Assembly: GCA_017853285.1 (NCBI GenBank)
Contig: JAFMJU010000001.1
Span: 1-30,613, forward strand
Source: Gemmataceae bacterium
GTDB lineage: Bacteria > Planctomycetota > Planctomycetia > Gemmatales > Gemmataceae
DNA length: 30,613 nucleotides
Direction of reading: 5' to 3'
Position 1 is the stretch's first letter; every line of letters begins with the position of its first letter. Positions 9,495 through 17,459 of this stretch are shown in pieces. Under the pieces are notes generated by a model, which saw only the letters and a program-made list of their open reading frames with translations, made no database searches and had not been told where the DNA came from. The translations under genes and the position numbers were made by a program.

Positions 9495-11522
9495 ATGCAC
9501 TCCATCATTCTCTTGTTTCTTTGCGGCCAGACCGTCCCACCATCTCCGGAAGCATGGCGTGACGCCTGGATCGCCGGTGCCACCACCCGAATCGAACGGG
9601 CCTGCGCCCAAGGATTTGCCACGGACGAACCCCTCGGGGCCAAGCAGGCCCGTTGGCGCGCGGACTTTCTCGAATCGATGGGCCTTTCTCCGCTACCCGA
9701 ACGCACTCCCCTGCGCCCTGTCATCACCGGCGCGGTTGAGACTGACAAATTCAAGGTCGAAAAAATCCATTTTCAATCCAGGCCCGGCCTTTATGTCACC
9801 GCAAACCTGTACTTGCCCAGGAACCCAGGCGGCCCGTGTCCGGCCGTGCTGTATGTCTGTGGCCACGCCACTTTCGCGCGCGAGGTAAAAGGTTCGGACG
9901 GCTCCGTGGCCCGGGTGGCCTACGGGTCCAAGGTGCCATACCAGCACCACCCGGCCCTGTTTGCCGAGAACGGGTACGCCTGCCTGATCCTGGACACCCT
10001 GCAACTCGGCGAGATCGAGGGAACCCACCATGGGACACACCGTCATGGCCGCTGGTGGTGGCACGATCGGGGCTTCACCCCCGCCGGGGTCGAATTATGG
10101 AATGCCATGAGGGCACTGGATTACCTCGAGTCACGCCCCGAAGTGGACGGCAAACGGCTGGCGGTGACGGGCCGATCGGGTGGCGGAGCCACCTCCTGGT
10201 GGCTGGGCGCCGCGGACCCGCGCGTGCGGGCCATCGTCCCGGTCGCCGGCCTGGCCGACTTGAGGGCCCACCTGATCCAAGGCGAGATGGAACCCAATCT
10301 TCCCGGATGCGTCACCGGCCATTGCGACTGCATGTATTTCCACAATGTTGCCGGGCTGGATTTCGCCCAAGTAATCGCCTTGTGCGCCCCGCGTGCCACC
10401 CTGCTGGGCAACAGCGACAGGGACGCCATTTTTCCTGTGGGGGGTTACCGCCGCCCCGCCTCGCTCGCGCGGATGGCCTTCAGCCAGGCAGGCAAACCCG
10501 AGGCATTCGCCCTCATGGAAACCTCCGGTGGGCATCTGGACACCCCCGAATTGCGCCAGGGTGCGATGGGCTGGATTGACCGCCATGCCGCCGGGGTCAC
10601 CCCCAGGGACCTTAATAACCGCAAGCCCGCTCCGCTCGACCCGGATTTGCTGAAGGTTTTCACCTCGCTTCCCACGGATCAACGAAACACAACGGTGGAC
10701 GAGTGGTTTGTCCCTGTGGCAAACCACCCCATCCCCCAAACCGAATCGGAGGCGGCCAAATGGCTGTCAACCCAACCAGGCCGTTTGAAGGCGGAATTGG
10801 CGCGCACCTCGTTCGCCCACTGGCCACGCGATCACCGGGCCCCTCCCCGTTTGCTTTCCAGCCAGATTGTGGGCGAGCGACTTGTCCAGAAATGGAGCCT
10901 TGAGGTGGAACCCGGGCTGGAATTGCCCGTGATGATCCACAGTCCGGCCCGGGGGCTCGCCGGAAAGATGGCCAGGATAATGCTTGGCCAGCCAGTTCAA
11001 TCGGAAGAAAAACAGCGAGGACTAGTTGCCGCCGGTGAGGTGCTGGTGATGTTCGCGCCCCGCGGTACAGGTGAAACAGAATGGAGGGACACCCATCCGG
11101 GCCCGAACGGGAAACCTGCTCCACACATGACCCGCAGGCGGTTGGCCCTGTTGGGGGCCACTGTCGAATCCGGCCAGGTCTTCGATACGGTGCAGTTGAT
11201 CCAGGCGCTGGACGGCATCCCGGAGACAACCGGAATGCCCCTGACCATCCAGGCTCAAGGCTCCATGGGGGTCAACGCCTTGTACGCATCCATTTTCACC
11301 CACCGCCCCATCTCGTTGGAATTAACGGAAATCCCTCCGACCCATAAAGATGGGCCCCACTATTTGCATGTGTCCCGATGGTTGGAAGTACCCCAGGCAA
11401 TCGCCATCTCCCAGGCGAGCAGCATCCGCTTTAGCCGAGCCAACCCGCTGGATTCCGGTTGGAATTGGTTGGAAGCCATGAATCGCCTAGGGCCAAAACC
11501 GCCCAAATGGTTGTCCCCCTGA
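9495..11522 (+). CDS. secreted acetylxylan-esterase-like alpha/beta hydrolase
   Basis: Short signal peptide; 'KIHFQSRPGLYVTANLYLP'; nucleophile elbow 'VTGRSGGG'; 'GHCDCMY'; second degenerate hydrolase-like domain. Confidence 0.8.
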   Translation: MHSIILLFLCGQTVPPSPEAWRDAWIAGATTRIERACAQGFATDEPLGAKQARWRADFLESMGLSPLPERTPLRPVITGAVETDKFKVEKIHFQSRPGLYVTANLYLPRNPGGPCPAVLYVCGHATFAREVKGSDGSVARVAYGSKVPYQHHPALFAENGYACLILDTLQLGEIEGTHHGTHRHGRWWWHDRGFTPAGVELWNAMRALDYLESRPEVDGKRLAVTGRSGGGATSWWLGAADPRVRAIVPVAGLADLRAHLIQGEMEPNLPGCVTGHCDCMYFHNVAGLDFAQVIALCAPRATLLGNSDRDAIFPVGGYRRPASLARMAFSQAGKPEAFALMETSGGHLDTPELRQGAMGWIDRHAAGVTPRDLNNRKPAPLDPDLLKVFTSLPTDQRNTTVDEWFVPVANHPIPQTESEAAKWLSTQPGRLKAELARTSFAHWPRDHRAPPRLLSSQIVGERLVQKWSLEVEPGLELPVMIHSPARGLAGKMARIMLGQPVQSEEKQRGLVAAGEVLVMFAPRGTGETEWRDTHPGPNGKPAPHMTRRRLALLGATVESGQVFDTVQLIQALDGIPETTGMPLTIQAQGSMGVNALYASIFTHRPISLELTEIPPTHKDGPHYLHVSRWLEVPQAIAISQASSIRFSRANPLDSGWNWLEAMNRLGPKPPKWLSP

Positions 11523-11549
11523 ACCGCCCCAGTTGACTGGCGAGGAAAA

Positions 11550-11587
11550 GGGACATAAATTGGACAATTAAGTCCGATTTATGTCCC
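11550..11587. repeat. 16-bp inverted repeat (1 mismatch) with 6-nt spacer; terminator, operator or REP-like element
   Basis: GGGACATAAATTGGAC (11550-11565), AATTAA, GTCCGATTTATGTCCC (11572-11587). Confidence 0.85.
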
Positions 11588-11648
11588 TCGCTGTCCTCCC
11601 GCTCCGATTTTCAGTGGAGGACGGCCCTCCATGAAAGGGGTCCAGTTC

Positions 11649-11924
11649 ATGAACGACACCACCAAGCAAGTCAACAGCCACCACGCCGACACCCTGCGGG
11701 CCATTTTCGCCCATCCAACCAATCACAACATCCACTGGAAGGATGTGGTCTCACTCATTGGCGAGGTGGGAACCTGCGAGGAAAAACACGATGGAAAACT
11801 GAAGGTGACCATCGGGGCGGAAACCGAGTTTTTCATTCATCCCAAACACAAGGACATCGACACCCAGATGATTGTCGATTTGCGCCGGATGCTGAAAAAC
11901 GCGGGTTACGCGCCCCAGAACTGA
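11649..11924 (+). CDS. HicA-like small protein without an adjacent HicB
   Basis: 'HADTLRAIFAHPTNHNIHWKDVVSLI…KLKVTIG…HPKHKDID…VDLRRMLKNAGY' resembles HicA (dsRBD-like) proteins. Start is 11649 or 11631. Confidence 0.65.
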   Translation: MNDTTKQVNSHHADTLRAIFAHPTNHNIHWKDVVSLIGEVGTCEEKHDGKLKVTIGAETEFFIHPKHKDIDTQMIVDLRRMLKNAGYAPQN

Positions 11925-11991
11925 TCCGGCTTTCCGCGGTTTTTCTTCCAAAATTGCCGATCACCGACGGCTTTCCAGATTCGAACCCCGC

Positions 11992-13668
11992 TCAACCTGC
12001 CACCGGTTGGGCGGGGTCTTTTTTCCCCCAACCCGCCAACCCGATCACCCCGGCCCACAACAGGTACTCCACGGCCCAATGCCAGGGCGTCTGGCAGGCG
12101 ACCGCCTTCTGCATTCCCGTTGGCACCATTTCCAAAACCTGCCAAGGCAAGCCCACACGCTCGTCAGGAAGGGGAGAATGGATCACCCCGGTGAAGGCCA
12201 GCACCGCCCCCACCAGACAGAAGGCGATCGCCACCCGATGGCGTCCATCGATCATCATGGCGAGGATCGATGCCCACAGTAGCGAAGTAAGAAGAAAACC
12301 ATTGGACAGGCATCTAAGCGTCTGAAGTGTCAGCAAACTCTCATCCCCCGCGTTTTGCGGGGGAAACGGCCCGAAAACTCCCTTGATGCACAACAGTGCG
12401 GCGACAGCCAAAGCGGGCAGCATGGCAAAGGCGAGAGCGGCATGGTGCCGCGCCGGAGTGGCTTGAAACGAGACCGCGGTGATCTCCAATCCCACAAATA
12501 CAAGAATCGGGTACAGCGCCCCGCGGGGTATCGATTCCAACACCACAAACCATCCCAGCAATCCGGCCAAACCGATGAAAAGGGCGGTGGCCATGGTGTA
12601 CGCAGCCCTTCCACCCATTTTCTTGTAGGCCGGATGGCCGATGTACGGAGTGGTCTGGATCACTCCGCCCAAAGTGCCCGCCACCAGGCTGGCCAGGGCC
12701 TCTGTCCAAAGCACATGGCTGGTGTCGTACTCGTCACCCGCGGCGGCGGCCGATTCGGTGCAATCGATCCCGCCTACCACCGTGGCCAGGGCGAACGGGA
12801 GTGCCACAGGCAAACGCCCCAATGCCTCCGCCCACACCTGGCTCCACCAGGCCCAGCCTTCCGCGCCAAAGGGCCAAAACGCCATCAATTCCATGCCATG
12901 GCTGGAGGGCCATCCCAATTCTGGAACCACCCGCGCCCCGGTCCAGTGCCCCAATCCCACTCCAATCCAATGAACCACCAGTCCAACCACAAAAGCCGCC
13001 AAGGCCCCAGGTATGCCAAAGGGCAAACGCTGGTGGGCCACTAGCGTGTAGAGCACGATGGCAAGTACCACCATGCCGATCAGTGGCACACTGGCAATCC
13101 CGTCATTCACCAATGGCAAGAAGGAAATCAGGGCTAGCGCGATGGCAGCCAGGCTCCCCAAAAGCCCCGCACGCGGCACCAGCCTCCGAACCCGATTACC
13201 CAGGGGAGCCAACACCAACTTGATCACACCCACCATCAGCAGCACCATCAGGCCGACATGCCAGGCGAAGCGCATGGAAGGCTCCGCTTCCCCGCGGGTC
13301 AGCGGATTTTCAGGGCCGGAGGCTTGCTGCAACGCCGGAAGAAGAACCAGAAAGGCCATGCCGAAGGTGCTGGGGGTATCCAACCCTAGCGGCATGGCGG
13401 TCACCGTTGGATTCCCGGTCCGCCGCGCCAGGCGAAAGGCCATCCAGGTGTAAACAAGGTCTCCTACCAAAACTCCAAGGGCGGTCCCCGGAACCATATG
13501 GGTCATCACAAAATCAGGGCTGAAAGAATGGCTTCCCGCCGCCTGATCCAGCCAAGGCACTGTGCTGGAAATGGTAGTGGTCAATATCAATAAAACAGCA
13601 ATATTATCTAATGTTAGACCAAAAAATGCATTTATATCACCAAGGCCAGCCCATTGATATTTTTTCAT
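11992..13668 (-). CDS. NCS2/AzgA-like (xanthine/uracil/vitamin C) permease
   Basis: More than 12 TMs; 'GDINAFFGLTLDN', 'TAMPLGLDTPSTFG', 'DCTESAAAAGDEY', 'TTPYIGHPAYKKMGGRAAYT', 'YPILVFVGLEIT'. Confidence 0.8.
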   Translation of the reverse strand: MKKYQWAGLGDINAFFGLTLDNIAVLLILTTTISSTVPWLDQAAGSHSFSPDFVMTHMVPGTALGVLVGDLVYTWMAFRLARRTGNPTVTAMPLGLDTPSTFGMAFLVLLPALQQASGPENPLTRGEAEPSMRFAWHVGLMVLLMVGVIKLVLAPLGNRVRRLVPRAGLLGSLAAIALALISFLPLVNDGIASVPLIGMVVLAIVLYTLVAHQRLPFGIPGALAAFVVGLVVHWIGVGLGHWTGARVVPELGWPSSHGMELMAFWPFGAEGWAWWSQVWAEALGRLPVALPFALATVVGGIDCTESAAAAGDEYDTSHVLWTEALASLVAGTLGGVIQTTPYIGHPAYKKMGGRAAYTMATALFIGLAGLLGWFVVLESIPRGALYPILVFVGLEITAVSFQATPARHHAALAFAMLPALAVAALLCIKGVFGPFPPQNAGDESLLTLQTLRCLSNGFLLTSLLWASILAMMIDGRHRVAIAFCLVGAVLAFTGVIHSPLPDERVGLPWQVLEMVPTGMQKAVACQTPWHWAVEYLLWAGVIGLAGWGKKDPAQPVAG

Positions 13669-13960
13669 CGCATTTCCCACAAAATGAAAGGCCAGGGTGG
13701 GGACTAATGGTTATGGCTTAGGGAAAATACCCAATAATCGCAGTGGTTTTTGGAAATTTGTGTCAGTTTTACGGGATGCTCGGGCTAAATTGAGAAAAAT
13801 AGCTAATTAAGGCCAATTTTAATTCATGCGCAGTTGCAGGCACCTAAGTCTAGAAGGTAGTTTGGAATATCTGGGCCCATATTGCCCACTAGGCATTTTA
13901 AGCAGGAAGCGAGCTGTAACCGGTTTGCATAGGGCAGGATGGCCCTTGCAAATCCTAGGT

Positions 13961-13981
13961 GGCCAAGGAATTTCCTTGGCC
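13961..13981. promoter_or_regulatory. perfect 21-bp palindrome upstream of fabF, candidate operator or 5'UTR hairpin
   Basis: GGCCAAGGAA-T-TTCCTTGGCC, ending 21 nt before the ATG at 14003. Confidence 0.5.
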
Positions 13982-14002
13982 CTTTGCAGGGCTGTCCATC
14001 CG

Positions 14003-15286
14003 ATGCGACGCGTTGCAGTCACTGGTCTGGGTGTTGTGGCTCCCAATGGCGTGGGCAAAGACGCCTTCTGGAACGCCTGCGTGGAAGGCCACAGCGGCGT
14101 GGGTCCCATCACCTCGTTCGACGCCTCCAACCACCCCACCAAAATCGCCGCCGAGGTGAAAGACCTCGACCTGATGGAGGCGGTCCCCCCGGAACACCGC
14201 AAAAGCCTGCGCATCATGGGCCGCGCCGCCCGTTTTGGCGTGGTCGCAGCTCATTTGGCAATGAAGGACAGCGGCCTGGATTCGAACATCATCACCCCCG
14301 AACGACTGGGCGTGGTGATGGGCACAGGCATGGTTCCCATCGACCTGCCCGAGATCGCTCCGATGCTGGCCCAGGCCTGCAGCCAGGAAGGCGGTCTGGA
14401 CGCAGGTGAATTGGGCAAGAACTCTTCCTCCATGGTTCCCCTGTGGATCCTGAAATACCTGCCCAACATGGTGGCGGCCCACATTTCATTGCTGCACAAC
14501 GCCAAGGGCCCCAACAACACCATCACCACCGCCTGCGCGGCTGGCACTCAGGCCATAGGCGAGGCTTTCCGCCTGATCCAGCGTGGCGATGCGGACTACT
14601 GCCTGGCCGGGGGCGCGGACAGCCGGATCGATCCCTTGCTGATGCTGGCCTATTCTTCCTTGGGGGCCCTCAGTCCCGCCAAGCGGAACGCCTCCGAGGT
14701 ATCTCGCCCCTTCGACGGTGAGCGCGACGGATTTGTGCTCGGCGAGGGCTCAGGCATCCTGGTACTGGAGGATTACGAGCACGCCTGCCGGCGCGGTGCC
14801 ACCATTTACGCCGAGGTGACCGGCATGGGCTCCAGCTTCGACGCCTATGCCATCACCAAGCCCGATCCCGAGGCGGGCGGCGCCACGCGGGCCATTGAAT
14901 GGGCCCTCCGTGAGGCCCGGCTCAATGCTTCCGACATCAATTACATCAACGCCCACGGCACCAGCACGCGGCTGAACGATCTCATGGAAACCACCGCGGT
15001 CAAACGGGTCTTCGGCGAATCAGCGCGCCACCTGCCGATGTCCTCGATCAAATCGATGATCGGGCACCTGATCGGCGCCGCCGGGGCTGTGGAGGCGGTC
15101 GCGATGGCCATGAGCCTCCACAAAGGCGTGGTCCCCCCGACCATCAACCAGACCAAACCCGACCCGCGTTGCGACCTCGATTATGTTCCGAACGCCGCCC
15201 GCGACCTCCCGGTGACCAAGGCCATTTCCACCAGCTTCGGTTTCGGCGGGCAAAATGCCGCTTTGGTCATGACCCGCGCGGCCTGA
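14003..15286 (+). CDS. fabF: beta-ketoacyl-ACP synthase II family protein
   Basis: 'MRRVAVTGLGVV', Cys in 'TTACAAG', His in 'INAHGTST', His in 'KSMIGHLIGAAG', 'SFGFGGQNA'. True start is 14003, not 13826. Confidence 0.9.
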   Translation: MRRVAVTGLGVVAPNGVGKDAFWNACVEGHSGVGPITSFDASNHPTKIAAEVKDLDLMEAVPPEHRKSLRIMGRAARFGVVAAHLAMKDSGLDSNIITPERLGVVMGTGMVPIDLPEIAPMLAQACSQEGGLDAGELGKNSSSMVPLWILKYLPNMVAAHISLLHNAKGPNNTITTACAAGTQAIGEAFRLIQRGDADYCLAGGADSRIDPLLMLAYSSLGALSPAKRNASEVSRPFDGERDGFVLGEGSGILVLEDYEHACRRGATIYAEVTGMGSSFDAYAITKPDPEAGGATRAIEWALREARLNASDINYINAHGTSTRLNDLMETTAVKRVFGESARHLPMSSIKSMIGHLIGAAGAVEAVAMAMSLHKGVVPPTINQTKPDPRCDLDYVPNAARDLPVTKAISTSFGFGGQNAALVMTRAA

Positions 15287-15308
15287 TCCTTCCCTCGGAC
15301 TTGCCGGT

Positions 15309-16001
15309 TCACAAACGGACCCGGCTGATGGCGATGGATCCCCCAAAACAGGCTTCCACATCACTGCCCGGGTCCCTGACCCGGGCATGATAATTTCCGG
15401 AGTAGACGAATCCCCCCTCCACCCGCTCATACACCACATGCAGCGAGGAACCGAGGTGATCGCAGAAAACCAGAGGCGGGTCCCCGGCATCAGCGGGCAG
15501 GCTGGGAAAATTCACATTCCAGAATTCCCCGGGGCGCAACATCTCGTCCTTCAACAAGCCGAGCACCTGACGGGTCCAACGTGTGGCGCGCGGCCAGTCA
15601 AACCTCAGGCCCCGACCGAGGTAATGGGAAAAGGCGATTCCCCGCACACCGTGAATGGTCGCCTCGCGAACCGCAGCCACCGTTCCGGACAGGTAAACAT
15701 CCGCGCCCAGGTTACCGCCTGAATTGATCCCCGACAGCACCCACTCCGGCCGCAGTTTCAATCCGTGCAACCCAACCCGAACACAATCCGCGGGCGTGCC
15801 ATCCAAACCGATCCAACCTTCCGCATGTTCGCGGGCGGACAGCATGCGTTCCGTGGTGACGCGGTGCCCTCCCGCGCTGTGGCATTCCTCCGGGGCCACC
15901 ACAAAGGCCCGGGCCGACGGCCCCAGCGCGTCACACGCGTCAAACAGGGCCCGCAGTCCCGGGGCGTCGATGCCATCATCATTGCTCAACAAAACTTCCA
16001 T
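15309..16001 (-). CDS. surE: 5'/3'-nucleotidase SurE
   Basis: 'LLSNDDGIDAPGL', 'SAGGH', 'GTPADCV', 'SGINSGGNLG…YLSGTVAA'; ATG at 16001. Confidence 0.95.
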   Translation of the reverse strand: MEVLLSNDDGIDAPGLRALFDACDALGPSARAFVVAPEECHSAGGHRVTTERMLSAREHAEGWIGLDGTPADCVRVGLHGLKLRPEWVLSGINSGGNLGADVYLSGTVAAVREATIHGVRGIAFSHYLGRGLRFDWPRATRWTRQVLGLLKDEMLRPGEFWNVNFPSLPADAGDPPLVFCDHLGSSLHVVYERVEGGFVYSGNYHARVRDPGSDVEACFGGSIAISRVRL

Positions 16002-16088
16002 GGCGGTCGCATCCACTATGATGTGATCTGGGTGTGCCTGAAGCTTATGGTATCCAGGCATCCCGTCTTCCAGTGAAGGACGATCCCC

Positions 16089-16337
16089 ATGCGCCTCCAG
16101 GATGCGTATCCCCTGGCCGAGTGGAAACTGCTCTACCGCGTTCTGCACGGGCAGCTCAGAAATCACATCGACCTGATGGATTCCGGTTTTTTCCTGGACC
16201 TGCAGTCACACCTCCAACGGGAGGCCCAGGCGCAAGGGGTGGATATTGGCGACCACGGCGCCTGGGATGGCTGGCTGGGGAACACTGATGCCCCCTCCTG
16301 CTCTGTTCGGGTCCAAAAGCGTGAAACCTGGAGCTGA
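16089..16337 (+). CDS. small acidic hypothetical protein (82 aa)
   Basis: GAAGGA SD before the ATG; protein-like amphipathic sequence; stop lies 4 nt before the hydrolase ATG. Confidence 0.7.
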   Translation: MRLQDAYPLAEWKLLYRVLHGQLRNHIDLMDSGFFLDLQSHLQREAQAQGVDIGDHGAWDGWLGNTDAPSCSVRVQKRETWS

Positions 16338-16341
16338 TTGG

Positions 16342-17223
16342 ATGAGCGCCGAGAACATCTGGACGATTGCCTGCGTGCAAATGGATGTCCAACTGGGGCA
16401 GCCGGAAAAAAACACCCTAAACATCATCCACCAACTGGAAACGGCCGCGCGGAAAGGGGCCCGGTTGATCGTTTTTCCGGAATGCGCCATCACCGGGTAT
16501 TCCTTCGCGTCGCGCCAGCAGGCCCTCGCTGTGGCCACCCCGCTCGATTCGCCCCACATTCAGGCCATCCAGGAGGCCTGCACCCGTCTGAATGTTTTCG
16601 CGGTGGTTGGAACCGCCGAAAAAAACGGCGAAACCCTGTACAACACCGCGGTTCTCCTCGGTCCTTCTGGCCTGGTGGACCGCTACCGTAAAACCCACCT
16701 GCCCTGGATGGGCCTCGACCGGTTCACCACCGCTGGCACGGAACCCTACCGGGTGGTGGACCTGGGTGGACTGCGGCTCGGCATTCTGATCTGCTACGAC
16801 GGCAGTTTTCCCGAAACCTGCCGCGCCCTCACCGTGCTGGGTGCCGACCTGGTGGTGCTACCCACCAACTGGCCCGAGGGGGCCATTTGCGTGGTGAAAC
16901 TGCTGGTGGCCGCGCGGGCGCTCGAAAACCACATTTTCCACGCCGTGTGCAATCGGGTGGGTGAGGAAGGCGGGTTCCACTTCCTTGGACGAAGCCGCAT
17001 CGCCAATCCCGGCGGGGAATACATCGCGATTTCCGAGGATGATCAACCCGATATCCTGATCGCCTCGATTGATCCAACCCTGGCGCGGGACAAACACCTG
17101 GTACGGGTGCCAGGCCAACATGAGATCAGCCGAATGGCCGACCGGCGTCCAGACCTGTACGGGCCCCTCACCAACCCGGCTTTGGTCCCCCCCAAGCCCT
17201 CCTCCTGGATACCTCCGGCCTGA
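16342..17223 (+). CDS. carbon-nitrogen hydrolase (nitrilase/amidase superfamily)
   Basis: Glu-Lys-Cys triad in 'VFPECAITGY', 'YRKTHLP', 'ICYDGSFPE'; 'ARALEN'; 'DRRPDLY'. ATG at 16342 with GGAG SD. Confidence 0.93.
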   Translation: MSAENIWTIACVQMDVQLGQPEKNTLNIIHQLETAARKGARLIVFPECAITGYSFASRQQALAVATPLDSPHIQAIQEACTRLNVFAVVGTAEKNGETLYNTAVLLGPSGLVDRYRKTHLPWMGLDRFTTAGTEPYRVVDLGGLRLGILICYDGSFPETCRALTVLGADLVVLPTNWPEGAICVVKLLVAARALENHIFHAVCNRVGEEGGFHFLGRSRIANPGGEYIAISEDDQPDILIASIDPTLARDKHLVRVPGQHEISRMADRRPDLYGPLTNPALVPPKPSSWIPPA

Positions 17224-17371
17224 AGATTCCCAACCCCGGGAATTTTCCCCGGGTGCATTCCTATTTCAGACATGGCTGTCCGGCATTAAGGCAGGCGCAA
17301 ACCAAGTTGATCAAACGACTTGCGTGCACAAAACGCGGTTTCCCTGCGCCGTTGGCCCCCCTTGGGGAAGA

Positions 17372-17386
17372 TGGCACAAAGGTTGC
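17372..17386 (+). promoter_or_regulatory. sigma-54 (-24/-12) promoter of the oxidase operon
   Basis: TGGCAC-AAAGG-TTGC is an exact TGGCAC-N5-TTGC match, intergenic, correct strand, about 74 nt upstream of the first operon ATG. Confidence 0.7.
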
Positions 17387-17459
17387 CTCAGTGGTTATCA
17401 TGCATTCTTGCGAGGATGCCTCCCCGTGGAGCGCGCCTTCAGATAGGCCTGAAAGCACT

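Noticed and set aside
11971-11990. GGTTCGAATC (tRNA T-loop-like) on the minus strand
   Set aside because: The flanks do not form a T-stem and there is no acceptor or anticodon arm.
17305-17312. TTGATCAA upstream of the oxidase operon as an FNR/Anr box
   Set aside because: FNR needs TTGAT-N4-ATCAA; the half-sites overlap here with no spacer.
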